64,000 bases of DNA, from the NCBI GenBank assembly GCA_965223005.1, contig CBDCVK010000002.1, forward strand, positions 493,075 through 557,074, given 5' to 3'. The notes beneath the pieces are model-generated. The model had not been told where the DNA came from and ran no database searches. It saw nothing but the letters and a program-made list of their open reading frames with translations. Shown piece after piece: positions 50,806 through 61,931 of the stretch (the stretch's first letter is position 1; each line of letters opens with the position of its first letter). The translations under genes and the position numbers were made by a program. Origin of the DNA: Terriglobia bacterium. Lineage in GTDB: Bacteria > Acidobacteriota > Terriglobia > JAJPHL01 > JAPKYU01.

Positions 50806-51540
50806 TCAAAGCTCCAAATTGCCCTTGAACAGCATGTCCTTGAGTTTGAACTTTTTCTTGATCTTGAACTGGCCAACCTCAGTGAAGAATTCCACGGACT
50901 TCTGCCGGAGCTCGATGGGAGTTGCCCGCGGAAAGGAAAAATACAAGTCGGGGACTCGTCCCGCGGCTATGCTCTCCTCGGGCAACTGGGATATGCGCAC
51001 GTCTTGCGCCATGATTCGCTGCTTGTCGCCTGTCTTCAGGTAAGTGCTGGCCTTGACTTCTTCTAAAGTCCCGCCGGTCATCTCGACCCTCGGCATACCG
51101 CCGAGCACCACCACATACTCGCTGGGCGCCTGCTCAAAATACTGCTCGGCCTGTTCGGGGGTCATCATTTCGGCCTGGACTTGCCGGCGCTCACGCGCCC
51201 GGCGGACGGGTAGGGCGCTGTCCCAGCGAACCAGAACCAGCCGGCTGGCTGTACGCGGGCCGCCGCTGCTGCCCGAGATTGGAGGGCCGCCTCTACCAGC
51301 GCTCGTGACCTGGTTGGGCTGGTCATCCAGGGGTTGCCTGCCCCCCGCGCCCTGACCGGACCCCGATTCGGCAAGGAACGTCAGCGTGATAGTCTTAGCC
51401 CACGGCGACTTTTCCAAGACCTTTCGGATCTCTTTCTCGGACCACTCGGTGTACTTCTTATTTGATTTCCAGGGATCAGCCGCCCAGAGCGAGCCGCCGC
51501 TGAGCGCTCCAAGAAGAACAAGGCAGAGTATATGTCTCAT
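50806..51540 (-). CDS. secreted hypothetical protein, tandem paralog 3
   Basis: signal peptide, AADPWK..KYTEWS, SPWAK, VRW.SALPVR, KKFKLKDM..G.LEL. Confidence 0.8.
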   Translation of the reverse strand: MRHILCLVLLGALSGGSLWAADPWKSNKKYTEWSEKEIRKVLEKSPWAKTITLTFLAESGSGQGAGGRQPLDDQPNQVTSAGRGGPPISGSSGGPRTASRLVLVRWDSALPVRRARERRQVQAEMMTPEQAEQYFEQAPSEYVVVLGGMPRVEMTGGTLEEVKASTYLKTGDKQRIMAQDVRISQLPEESIAAGRVPDLYFSFPRATPIELRQKSVEFFTEVGQFKIKKKFKLKDMLFKGNLEL

Positions 51541-51620
51541 GCCAACCCTGTACCCTTTCTCGACACCCACTGGCTGCCGTAGTGCCGCCCGCAAGGGGCG
51601 ACGCTGCTCCCTGTGCGTGT

Positions 51621-52346
51621 TCAAAGCTCCAGTTTGCCGCCGACCAGCATGTCCTTGAGCTTAAACTTTTTCTTGATCTTAAACTGGCCAACCTCTGTGA
51701 AGAACTCCACGGACTTCTGTCGGAGCTCGATGGGAGTCGCCCGCGGAAAGGAGAAATAGAAGTCGGGAACTCGTCCCGCGGCTATGCTCTCCTCGGGCAA
51801 CTGGGATAGGCGCACGTCTTGCGCCATGATTCGCTGCTTATCACCCGTCTTCAGGTAGGTGCTGGCCTTGACTTCTTCTAAAGTCCCGCCGGTCATCTCG
51901 ACCATCGGCATACCGCCGAGCACCACCACATACTCGCTGGGCGCCTGCTCAAAATACTGCTGGGCCTGTTCGGGGGTCATCATTTCGGCCTGGACTTGCC
52001 GGCGCTCACGCGCCCGGCGGACGGGTAGGGCGCTGTCCCAGCGCACCAGCACCGGCCGGCTGTCTGTACGCGGGCCGCCGCCGCTGCTGTCATAGATTGG
52101 AGGGCCGCCTCTACCACTGCCCCCGACCTCGTTGGGCTGGGGGCTGTCCCCCGCGCCCTGACCGGACCCCGATTTGGCAAGGAGCAGCAGCGTGACAGTC
52201 TTAGCCCACGGCGACTTTTCCAAGACCTTTCGGATCTCTTTCTCGGACCACTCGGTGTACTTTTTGTTTGATTTCCAGGGATCGGCCGCCCAGAGCGAAC
52301 CGCCGCTGAGCGCTCCAAGAAGAACAAGCAAGAGTATATGTCTCAT
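51621..52346 (-). CDS. secreted hypothetical protein, tandem paralog 2
   Basis: near-identical to 50806-51540. Confidence 0.8.
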   Translation of the reverse strand: MRHILLLVLLGALSGGSLWAADPWKSNKKYTEWSEKEIRKVLEKSPWAKTVTLLLLAKSGSGQGAGDSPQPNEVGGSGRGGPPIYDSSGGGPRTDSRPVLVRWDSALPVRRARERRQVQAEMMTPEQAQQYFEQAPSEYVVVLGGMPMVEMTGGTLEEVKASTYLKTGDKQRIMAQDVRLSQLPEESIAAGRVPDFYFSFPRATPIELRQKSVEFFTEVGQFKIKKKFKLKDMLVGGKLEL

Positions 52347-52426
52347 GCCAACCCTGTGCCCTTTCTCGACACCAACTGGCTGCCGTAGTGCCGCCCGCAA
52401 GGGGCGACGCTGCTCCCTGTGTGTGT

Positions 52427-53233
52427 TTAAAGCTCCAGTTTGCCTCCGAATAGCATGTCCTTGAGCTTAAATTTTTTCTTGATCTTAACTTGGCCGAGTT
52501 CGGTAACGAATTCCACGGACTTGTGGCGGAGTTCGATGGGCATCGCCCGCGGGAAGACGAAAAACATGTCGGGAACCTGGGCCTCGGACTTGCTCGTGCT
52601 GGGTGCCTGGCCCTGGGACATGCGCATTTCTTGCACCATGATCCGCTGTTTATCCCCTGTCTTCAGGTAGGTGCGAGCCTTGACTTTCTCTTCAGTCGTG
52701 CCGCCCATCGCGGCCCTCGACATGCCACCGACCATCACCACATACTCGTCGGGGGTCTGCTTGACAAGCTGTTCGGCCTGTTCGGGCGTTATTCTTTCGA
52801 CCTGAATTTGCCGACGCGCAAACGCTTGGCGGACGGGCAGGGCGTTCTGCCAGCGCACCAGCACTTGCAGATAGCGGTTGCCCCCGCCGCCGAATCCTCC
52901 CTGATCGCCGAACCCTCCCTGGCCAGGGTTGCTGCCCCCGCCCGGAGTTGTGGGCTGGCCGCCACCGGCTGCACCGCCGGGCGTGGACCCGCCACTTGGG
53001 GGCGACCCATAGTCCCCTCCGCCTGCCTGGCCCGTGCCGAATCCCGAGCCGGCAAAGATGGTGATGGTGACGGTCTTGGCCCACGGCGACTTTTGCAAGA
53101 CCTTGCGGACCTCTTTCTCGGACCAGTCGGTGTACTTCTTTTTTGATTTCCAGGGATCGGCCGCCCAGAGCGTGCCGCCGCTGAGCGCCCCCATGACTAC
53201 AACTGTGACTACAAGTGAAAGTATGCGTTTCAT
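52427..53233 (-). CDS. secreted hypothetical protein, tandem paralog 1
   Basis: same motifs, longer Gly-rich linker; GAGG RBS. Confidence 0.8.
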   Translation of the reverse strand: MKRILSLVVTVVVMGALSGGTLWAADPWKSKKKYTDWSEKEVRKVLQKSPWAKTVTITIFAGSGFGTGQAGGGDYGSPPSGGSTPGGAAGGGQPTTPGGGSNPGQGGFGDQGGFGGGGNRYLQVLVRWQNALPVRQAFARRQIQVERITPEQAEQLVKQTPDEYVVMVGGMSRAAMGGTTEEKVKARTYLKTGDKQRIMVQEMRMSQGQAPSTSKSEAQVPDMFFVFPRAMPIELRHKSVEFVTELGQVKIKKKFKLKDMLFGGKLEL

Positions 53234-53454
53234 AGCGACCTCAGCCACCCTCGTCGAGTTAATTAGCCGGGACGTACCCTGAGACCAGCGTGGTGACGGT
53301 TCATCATTCACTGCACGCTCCACCGGCACTGCGCTCCCCACCAACCGCGGTTTCTGCGTCGGCAGTAGCTCATAACAAGATATCACGGCTTGAGGAGCGA
53401 GCTGCGTGCTTCCGTGACCCCGTGACCATCAACTGGTCATGTCCCGCACTTTCA

Positions 53455-56400
53455 CTATTGCGTCACGAAAATGGTTACAGTGTTGCTGGCCACTCCCTGC
53501 TGCGTCAGCACCAGCTCAATCTCGCCGCTGCTCACCCCCGCGGGAATCTGCACGTTCACCTGGTAGAGGCCGACGAACCCCGGCGCCAGACCGCCGAACG
53601 ACACCGGGGCGTCGAGGCCGTCCACCGTGGCGGTGACCGGGGTGACCACGGTGGCCGGTGGCGAGCTGGGAGAAAGTTCGCCGCTCGAGACCGGCGGGCT
53701 GGTTGCGCCCAACCCGGTGCAGAAGATCTGGATCACGTCTCCCGCGCGGACCGGGTTGCTGGAACTGACCAGAGCGAAGTTGGCGTCCAGGATGGCGCCA
53801 GGCCCGGAGCCGCTCTGGTTCACGGTGAAGATCCCTGGCTGTACGGCGCTCAGGTTGATAGTTTCGGGAACCGTGAAGGCTTCGCCCACTTTCACCACGA
53901 GTTGCGAACTACTGTCGGGGGGCAGGTCAAACGGCACCTGCGCATTCACCTGGCCGCCGCTGGTGAAGAAGAGCGGGACGTCGAAGTTGCCCAGTGTCGC
54001 GGAAAGCCCGCCCAATTCCTTTGGCAGGGGCACGTCCTGTGCGAAAAACTGGTCGGCGGCGAGGTTGGTGCCGAAAATGGAAAAAATCGAGCCCGGCGGC
54101 AGCGGCGCTCCGTTGCTGAAACTGGCAGCATGCACAGCGCCGCCGCTGAACACCTGTGGCACGGCATTGGCTCCGATCGCGCCACTGATCTGGGTTGTGG
54201 CTTGTTCCAAGCCGATGGCCACGGCCGTGCTGGTGATGGTCACGACGGAAGCCGCCGAGGCTGGTGTCCAGGTGCCGCTGTACAGGCCGTTCTTCAGGTT
54301 TGTCATGACGACCGCCGGGTCCCCGCTGGAAAAGGTGGTGATCACGGCGGCGTTTGCCTGCTCCGTTCCGCAGTCATCCGTGACCTGCACCACCAGCGGG
54401 ACTGGCCAGCCCACAGGAGACGCGAAGTTGCCCACCAGCCCGGTATGCACCATGGCCAGCTTGCTCGGCGTACAGCTCTCCTGGGTCGGGCGGGGTGGCT
54501 CGAGCTTTGCCGTAAGAGCGCCGCTGGGCGGCGTGCCCGAGGTGCCGAAGGTGCCGGGCGGAGCCACCACCAGCAGTACGTTCACTGAGCGCGTGCTGCC
54601 ATCCGACAGTGCGACGTTCACCAGCCCGCGATAGGCTCCTGTGGCCAGGGCGCTCGGATCCACCCGGACGCTGAGTTGGCCCGGAGTCGTGGCCGAAGCC
54701 GTGCCGTTGCTGGGGCTCACCCTCAGCCAGCCCTCATCGTCAATCGCGGTGGTGGAGGCACTGAAGTTGACGGCGGCATCCCCGCCCGCGAATACACGAA
54801 CCTGCTGGGCTGCAGGGGGCGCGCCGCCGGCGTTGGCCAGGAACAGGAGCCCGGAAGGAGAGAGTTGCAGCGGCGCTGTAGAGCCTGCCGGTAAGACGTT
54901 CAGCACCGCATGCACGGGCCGCGCCAGGCGCCCGGATTCGCACGATTGCGTTGTAGCTGCCTGCCGCCAGGCCGGTGGCGTCCGCATTAAAGGAAACGCT
55001 GGGGGGCGCCTGGCCGGCGGTGCTGATGCCGTCTGTGGGCGACACCGTCAGCCAATTCCCGCCGGAGATGGAACGAATCTCCACCATCCACATCATGTCG
55101 CCGGAACCGGCATTGGCGATGCTGAAGTCGCGCGACGGCAACGCGCCGGATCCCGCGACAGCCTCGAAGATCAGCCCTGACTGGCTGGTTCGCAGCACGG
55201 CAATAGCCGGCGTCACCTGCACCAGGACCGGAATAACGCGGCTGGCAAAGGGTGCGCTGGTGGTTCTGACAAAGATCGCGGCCTGGTAAGAACCCGGTCC
55301 GACGCCGCTGGCATCCACCGACACGCGAACCGGAGTCGCGCCGATGCCAGCGGTGGCGGAGAGGTTGATCTGCGGGAATGGTCCCGCCGCCCCTGCACTC
55401 GCCGGCAGAAACACATCTGCCGTCCAATCAAGCGTCCCGCCGCCTGCATTGCTGATGCCCAGCACCTGCGGCGGGGGATTGCTGCCCTGCATGGTGGAAA
55501 AAGCCAGGCGATCGGGCGCCACGGCCAGGGCCGGCGGTTCGTCGGTGATGGTCAAGGTCACCGGGACGGTCACGGGTGAATTGGTGGCCTGGGCAACCGC
55601 AAAAGTGACCGAGCCCTGGTAGAACCCGGCAGGCAGGTTCCCAGACTTGGCAAAGACGGGAAGGGCGCTGGGCGCAAAGCCAATGAGCGGGCGCACAACC
55701 AGCCAGTCTCCGCCCGAAATCGTGGACGCCTCTGCCCGGAAAGCAAACTCCGACAAGTCCGGACTGAACAGAACCAAGCCCTGGGGAGCAGGCAACTCGC
55801 CCCCCAGTTTGGCCTCGAAGTCCAGCCGGGAGGGTTGCACGGTCACCGTGCCCGGGGTCGCGAAGACCCCTGGCGCTGTGAGCACCCGGTTGTTGTCGGT
55901 GTCCGCAATAAACACACCGCGGGGGACGGTCAGAATTCCGGCCGGGGCCGCCAGAATCACGTCGGTGGAAAAGTCAGCGTCGTCGGGATTGCTCATGCCT
56001 CCCCCGGCCACGGTGCTTATGGTCCCATCAGGCGCGACCCGGCGGATTCGGTCGTTGCCGCTGTCAGCGATGTAAAGAGCACCGGCGGTGTCCACGGCCA
56101 CACCCACGGGGAGCCGCAAGAAGCCAGAGGTCGCCGGGCCGCCATCGCCGCCAAAGCCGCCGGTGCTGCTGCCCGCTACGGTGGAAATGATTCCCAACGA
56201 GTTGATGCGGCGCACTCGGTGGTTGCCCGTATCGGAAAAGTAAAGGTTGCCTAGCCCATCCGCGGCGAGCGTTCCGGCTGGGTCCTTCAGTGAGGCCTGA
56301 GTCGAAGGCCCGCCGTCCCCGCTGAATCCACGCTGGCCGGTGCCGGCTACGGTGGTGATTACGCCGTTAAGATCAATTCTGCGGATGCGCTGGTTTTGGA

Positions 56401-56968
56401 TGTCGGTCAGGAAGAGGGCGACCCCAGTCCACAGCAAGCCCGCCGGGCCGCCGCCGGGGTTGATGCTCGCCGCCGTGGCCGGTCCGCCGTCCCCGGCGAA
56501 GATCGTCCGGCCGTCTCCGGCCACGGTGGTGATTATGCCGTTCGACGCCACCTTTCGGACTCGGTTGTTTCCCGAATCCATGATGTAGAGGTCTCCGGTG
56601 AGCGGGTCGAAAGCCACCGAAGTTGGCGAACTGAAACTCGCCTGGAGCGCCGGGCCCCCATCACCGGAAAAGCCGGTAGTCCCGTTGCCGGCAAAAGTAC
56701 TGATGATGCCCCCGGGGGTGATCCTGCGCACGCGTTTGTTGAGCGTGTCGGCGATGTAAAGATTACCGTTGCTATCGGCCGTCATCCCGCGGGGCAGTCG
56801 CAGGCAGGAGTCGGGCGAGCGCCCGCCGTCGCCACAGAAGCCGGTCGGACCGCCGCCAGCCAGGGTCTCGATCAACCCCTGGCTCCAGCCCACCCGGCCA
56901 GTGAGCCCCCAAACCAGTACCAGAAAGAGAAGCGGGCGCAGGAAAGGCTTTGTCGGTTTCATCGCCAA
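53455..56968 (-). CDS. large secreted NHL-repeat/BACON-like/TIGR03437-like protein, frameshift at about 54915
   Basis: GFSGDGGPA..A and GNLYIAD..N.RVR repeats; WL.VSP..G Ig-like units; GLAPGFVGLYQVN C-terminus in the second frame. Confidence 0.85.
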
Positions 56969-57022
56969 GGCGTATTCTATCTCATGAGAGCAACTTTCTC
57001 TGGCGATCCTCGACCGGGTTTA

Positions 57023-57862
57023 ATGATGGCCAGCCGCCTGCTGATCATTGACGATGACCCGCTCATCCTGAAAGTGTTGCAGGCAGGACTGCGCGACTAC
57101 TCCGTAGTGACCGCCTCTTCCGCGGAAGAGGGCCTGGGGCTGCACGCCGCGCAGCCCTTTGACGCCGTCATCTGCGATCTGGTCCTGCCGGGCATGCAGG
57201 GGTTAGAGGTGATCCGGCGCATCCGGGAGAGAGATCCGGCGGCCCGCGTGCTGATCATTACCGGGCAAGACACTCAGGCCCGGCTGCTCGCTGCACTCCG
57301 CGAGAATATCATCGACTTTCTCGCCAAGCCCTTCGCGATGGACGACCTGCGGGGGGCGGTGGCCAATCTGCTCGCCTGTGAGGAGGCCATCAAGGTCATT
57401 TCGGCCACGCCCCAGTGGATCGAACTGCACGTGCCGGCCAGTTTTCAGGTCGTGGCGCGGCTAGGGAAGTTTTTTGAGCAACTGCATGCGGAGATCGACA
57501 CCGAGACCCGAAGCGAGATCAGCATCGCCTTCCGCGAGCTGCTCAACAACGCCATCGAGCACGGTTGCGAGAGCGAAGCCCACCGGCGGATCACTGTCTG
57601 CTATCTGCGACTGAGCCAGCTCATTCTTTACCGCATCAACGATCCGGGCCGCGGCTTCCGCCTCGAGGAGCTGTTGCACGCCGCCATCACCAACCCGGAC
57701 GAGGAGCCTTTCCAGCACCTCGAGGTGCGGGAGGCCAGCGGAAAGCGCCCGGGCGGCTTTGGCATTCTGCTAACACGAGGTATCGCCGACGAGCTGATTT
57801 ACAATCAGCAAGGCAATGAAGTCGTGTTTGCCCGTTACTTGAACCGCCCCCCGAAGGGTTGA
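57023..57862 (+). CDS. response regulator receiver fused to an RsbW-like HATPase domain
   Basis: LIIDDD, CDLVLPG, KPF; FRELLNNAIEHG, DPG.GF, GGFGI, YNQ.GNEV. Confidence 0.88.
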   Translation: MMASRLLIIDDDPLILKVLQAGLRDYSVVTASSAEEGLGLHAAQPFDAVICDLVLPGMQGLEVIRRIRERDPAARVLIITGQDTQARLLAALRENIIDFLAKPFAMDDLRGAVANLLACEEAIKVISATPQWIELHVPASFQVVARLGKFFEQLHAEIDTETRSEISIAFRELLNNAIEHGCESEAHRRITVCYLRLSQLILYRINDPGRGFRLEELLHAAITNPDEEPFQHLEVREASGKRPGGFGILLTRGIADELIYNQQGNEVVFARYLNRPPKG

Positions 57863-58073
57863 TGCGGCAGGGTTGATGCGGCGAGGGTGGCTTCGTCACT
57901 TTCCCGCCAAGGACCGCAAAACTTCTCACCGGACAACCGCAGGCTGCGAGATAGCGGGTCGCTGGGCCCTTATGACAGAGGACCCGCGACAGGACTCCCT
58001 TGCCAGCGCACGGCGTTGAAGTATATTGAGAAGTATACTGGTCGGGTGTGGCTCAGGCTGGTGAGTTAGAGCG

Positions 58074-58934
58074 ATGCATTCACGGATCGTGCACAACGGC
58101 GTTTTAAGACCGATGGAAGCGTGCCTGTCGCCCGGGCAAGTCGGCCTGCTGACAGGCTGGGGCGTCTTCACCACCCTCCGCATTTACGGGGGTGTCCCGT
58201 TTGCCTTTGGGCTCCACTGGGAGCGTGTGAGCCATGACGCCCAGCGCCTGCGGATGCAGCTGGACTTTGAGCCCGAACAGATCCGACAGCAGTTACTGCA
58301 GCTGATTGCGGCCAATGGCGCGCGCGAAGCCGCCGCGCGGCTTTCCTTCGTGAGGAATCGAGCAGGGATGTGGAGCGTCAAAACCGGGTGCGAGACCGAT
58401 TACCTGTTGTTCACCGCCGAGCTGCCCCCCTGGCCGTCTTCGGCGCGCCTGACGGTATCGCCGCACGCCCGCCATGCCGCTTCGGCACTGGCGGGCGCTA
58501 AGATGCTCTCCTGGGTTGCCAATGTAGCCACGCTAGAGGAGGTGCGGGAGCGAGGCTTTGACGAAACGGTGCTGCTGAACGAGCGTGGCGAGGTCAGCGA
58601 GTGCACCGCAGCCAACCTGTTCGCCGTACGGCAGGGAAAGCTGCTGACCTCGTCGTTGGACTCCGGCTGCCTGCCGGGAATCACTCGTCGCATTGTGCTC
58701 AAGCTCGGGCCTCAATTGGGGCTGGAGACGCGGGAGCAGGTTCTGCGCCTCGACGATCTGCACACGGCCGACGAAGTGTTTCTCTCTTCCACTACCCGCG
58801 AACTGATGCCGGTGCGCGAACTGGACGGTAGTCCCCTTCCGCAAGGTCCGGTGACAGCGCGCCTGCAAACTGCCTTCCAGGCCTACGTCCGCAACTACGT
58901 GGAGTCCCACCAGCGGGTGCCGGCCCAGGCCTGA
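58074..58934 (+). CDS. class IV aminotransferase (IlvE/PabC-like)
   Basis: G.GVFTTLR, H.ER, E...ANLF, LPGITR, ADEVFL.ST. Confidence 0.9.
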   Translation: MHSRIVHNGVLRPMEACLSPGQVGLLTGWGVFTTLRIYGGVPFAFGLHWERVSHDAQRLRMQLDFEPEQIRQQLLQLIAANGAREAAARLSFVRNRAGMWSVKTGCETDYLLFTAELPPWPSSARLTVSPHARHAASALAGAKMLSWVANVATLEEVRERGFDETVLLNERGEVSECTAANLFAVRQGKLLTSSLDSGCLPGITRRIVLKLGPQLGLETREQVLRLDDLHTADEVFLSSTTRELMPVRELDGSPLPQGPVTARLQTAFQAYVRNYVESHQRVPAQA

Positions 58935-58972
58935 AACGGCCAAGTTGCTGCCCTGCCGCCGGGGTTCCTCTA

Positions 58973-59000
58973 TTGACGCAAGGTGCAGTTGCAGTATAAT
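58973..59000 (+). promoter_or_regulatory. sigma-70-type promoter
   Basis: TTGACG-16 nt-TATAAT, about 60 nt upstream of ATG 59062. Confidence 0.7.
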
Positions 59001-59061
59001 TGGCCCACTTTTCTAGTCCTCGGGGATCGGCTCAACTGATGCGCCGAAACCTGGAGGCGCC

Positions 59062-59340
59062 ATGTCAGACATTCGCCTAGGTGATATTATTGACGACTAT
59101 TGCACTCGGTGCCGGCTGCTGACAAATCACTCCTTGGTTTCCATGATGGAGGGGGCAGTCAGCAGGGTGCGCTGCCGCACCTGCCAGCACGAGCATGAAT
59201 ACCGGCGGGGTAAAGGGGGCGCCAAGAAACAAAAGCTGTCGGCCTACGAGCAGGTGCTGGCTTCCCTTAACGCCCAGCGGGTAGGCGCACTCCCCGACGA
59301 GACAAAACCCAAGCGGACCCGCAAGAGTCGCGCCGAGTAG
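59062..59340 (+). CDS. small Zn-ribbon hypothetical protein
   Basis: GGAGG RBS; CTRC...CRTC..EH; basic tail. Confidence 0.8.
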   Translation: MSDIRLGDIIDDYCTRCRLLTNHSLVSMMEGAVSRVRCRTCQHEHEYRRGKGGAKKQKLSAYEQVLASLNAQRVGALPDETKPKRTRKSRAE

Positions 59341-59578
59341 CCTAGCTGCGCGAAAATCCATCCTGCGGCAGCATTTGCTCCACAGAGACCCGCAGACTCC
59401 TGCTTCTGCTGCGGGCCTTCCTACCTGTGCCCTGCCGTTCGGGCTCTCAAAAGGAGTTTTCAGCAGTCTGCCAGGCTAGAGGTTGGGCTGCAAGGAAGGG
59501 CAACACGGCCTCCGGAGAGGCCAACGCCGCACACCGCTAGATAGCCACCTCTTGGCTAACGCGTGCAGAGGCCCTCGG

Positions 59579-59923
59579 CTAGGAAAAGCTTCCAACTGCC
59601 GCCGTTTCGTCGTCGTGAACGTCAAACACGGTGTACAGCTTGGTAATCTGCAACAGATCGTGCACCTTCTTGGTGAGACTCAGCAGTTTGAGCTGACCGC
59701 CCTGGTTGGTGACCGTGGTAAAACCGCTCACTAGCTCGCCAATCCCGGAACTGTCAATGTAGGTGACATCACCCAGGTTCAACAGGATTTTCTTTTGCCC
59801 GCGGTTGAGCAAATCGCGGACTGTCTCGCGCAGAGTGGCCGAACCCTCGCCCAGCGTAATCCGACCGCTGACGTCCACCACCGTGACCCCGTTGACCTGG
59901 CGCGTATTGGCTTTGATCGACAC
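59579..59923 (-). CDS. STAS-domain anti-sigma factor antagonist (RsbV/SpoIIAA-like)
   Basis: LLNL.DV.YIDSSGIGELV, LLQITKL..VF. Confidence 0.93.
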   Translation of the reverse strand: MSIKANTRQVNGVTVVDVSGRITLGEGSATLRETVRDLLNRGQKKILLNLGDVTYIDSSGIGELVSGFTTVTNQGGQLKLLSLTKKVHDLLQITKLYTVFDVHDDETAAVGSFS

Positions 59924-59925
59924 CG

Positions 59926-60366
59926 CTAATCCTCCTTGCCGTTGCTCGGCGATGGGTGCTTCACCATTCGTATCTCGGTTCCCGCCGGTGACACACGCCG
60001 CACAGAAACCTCATCCATGAGTGTCCGTATCAGAAAAACACCGCGGCCGGACTGCTTGAGCAGGTTCTCCTCTGCCAGAGGGTCGGGAACCAGCGAAAGT
60101 TCGAAGCCCGGCCCCTGGTCGGTCACGGTGACCACCAGCTCGCGGGCTTCGAGTTCCATGCGCAGGCAGGCCTTCTTCTGCGGGTCGTACTGATTTCCAT
60201 GGTGCACGGCATTGACCATGGATTCCCGCACAGCCATACCAATCCGAAACTGATCGTCCTCGTGAAAGCCGGCGGAGCGGGCAAACTCCTTGGCCAATTC
60301 CTCGGCCTGCTCCACACTCTCCAGCTTGCTCTCCAGTGTTACCTCTACGCGGTTCGTTGAAGGCAT
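59926..60366 (-). CDS. anti-sigma factor Ser/Thr kinase (RsbW-like)
   Basis: AVRE..VNAV.HGN, DQG.GF, SGRGVFLI..LMDEV. Confidence 0.92.
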   Translation of the reverse strand: MPSTNRVEVTLESKLESVEQAEELAKEFARSAGFHEDDQFRIGMAVRESMVNAVHHGNQYDPQKKACLRMELEARELVVTVTDQGPGFELSLVPDPLAEENLLKQSGRGVFLIRTLMDEVSVRRVSPAGTEIRMVKHPSPSNGKED

Positions 60367-60509
60367 CCGTCTCGTCTGAATGATATGACTCCCGAGCAGA
60401 GGTTTCACTCCGAAAACGAGTGCCTAAAATGACACAGCGAAACAGGCTTGTCAACGTGTTGCCGTGCTTTGGCACCCGCAGGTTCGGGAGAAACGTCAGA
60501 AGTGAATCC

Positions 60510-60639
60510 TCCGCACAGTCGAGACCCGCCGGCCACGAGGTCGCAACCGCCGGATGAGCCGGCAGCGAACATCCGGGTAGCTCAGGCTCCGGGTTGGGTT
60601 GCGATTGCTGAGTCAGGCGGGGCGAGAGCGGGCTGCGGA
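60510..60639. ncRNA. candidate structured RNA (long rod-like hairpin)
   Basis: nested complementary blocks TCCGCA/TGCGGA, CCCGCC/GGCGGG, TCGCAACC/GGTTGCGA, CCGGA/TCCGG, TGAGC/GCTCA. Confidence 0.45.
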
Positions 60640-60673
60640 CAGGGCAAGGAGCCTGTCCCACCACAGCAGCACG

Positions 60674-61925
60674 CTATGCTTTTAGCAGACCTGGAAAGTT
60701 CGCGCGTAGCGCGTCAAAGCCCGGGAAGACGGCGCTCAGGTTCTGGTTGCCGAGGTGGCTGGCGATCAGTTCGGCAAACACGTCGCGGAAGTCGGTGCTT
60801 AGAGCCAGGTCACGGCCCTCGTAGAGTTGTTCGCGAGCCAGCCCCGGCCATTTGCCGTACACCCTGCCGCCGCGTACTATCCCGCCCATCACAAACATCG
60901 CGTTGGCGTGGCCATGGTCGGTGCCGCGGTTGCCGTTTTCCGCCACTGTGCGCCCAAACTCCGACATGGTCAGAATCACCACGTCTTCCATGCGGTCGCC
61001 CAGGTCGGCGTACAGGGCGGCGATTCCACGGCCGAAATCGGCCAGGCGGTTCGGGAGCTGACCGTTCAGAGAGCCCTGCCTGGCGTGGGTGTCCCAGCCA
61101 CCAAGGTCAGCGAAAGCCACCTCCAGCCCTATGCCGGCCTTGATGAGCTGGGCAATCTGCCGAAGGCTTTGCCCAAAACGGCTGCGAGGATACTCGATGC
61201 CAGAGTCGGGCCGGTATTGCTCAGGGTTGGCACGCCGCAGGAACTCGATCGCACCGAGCATCTCCCTGCCCGGTACCGTAGAGGAAATCAGAGCCATCCC
61301 CACCGTACAAAGTCCGGAATCGCTCCTCCCCGGCGAGCACGCGAAATTCCCGGATGCTGCTCATGGCCAGGGCAGGAGCGCGTCCCCGCAGTGTGCGAGG
61401 CAGCGACGACCCCAGAGCCACGGCGCGGAACGGTGTCGCGTTGGCCTCCGACTGCGACGACAGGTGTCGATTCAGCCAGCCGTCGGTGGTGGACTTCACT
61501 CCGGGTGTGGCTGTCTCCATGAAATCCTGGGCGTCGAAATGAGACCGGGTGTTGTGAGGTGATCCTGCCGCATTAACGATGGCCAGGTGTCCCTGCTGGT
61601 ACAGGCGATAGAGGGGAGCCAGCGCCGGGTGCAGGGCGAAGAAGCCGTCCAAATCCATGGAGGCCTCGCCGTTCCCTGACTGAGAGGAACCCCGCCGGGG
61701 TGGGGGTATGGCGATTGAGGGTCGCAGGTTGTAATAGGTGCGCTCGGCGAAGGGCACCACCATGTTCAACCCGTCGGCCGCACCGCGCTGGAAGATCGAA
61801 ATCAGGATCTTATTTTTCCGCCGGCTGCGGTTGGTCGCCGCCGCCCGCGCCAGAAAGGACGGCAACAAACCCAGGCCGGCAACGGCGATCCCACCATCCT
61901 TAAGGAAGAAGCGTCGAGTGAGCAT
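60674..61925 (-). CDS. DUF1501 family Tat-exported protein, +1 frameshift at about 61270
   Basis: TRRFFLK, RGAADGLN.VVP, RSHFDAQ, GGWDTH, SEFGRT..ENG..GTDHG, DFRDV; extra G in a GGG run. Confidence 0.88.
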
Positions 61926-61931
61926 GGCCCT

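Noticed and set aside
56396-57022. N-terminal extension of the response regulator ORF
   Set aside because: Antisense shadow of the NHL-repeat gene
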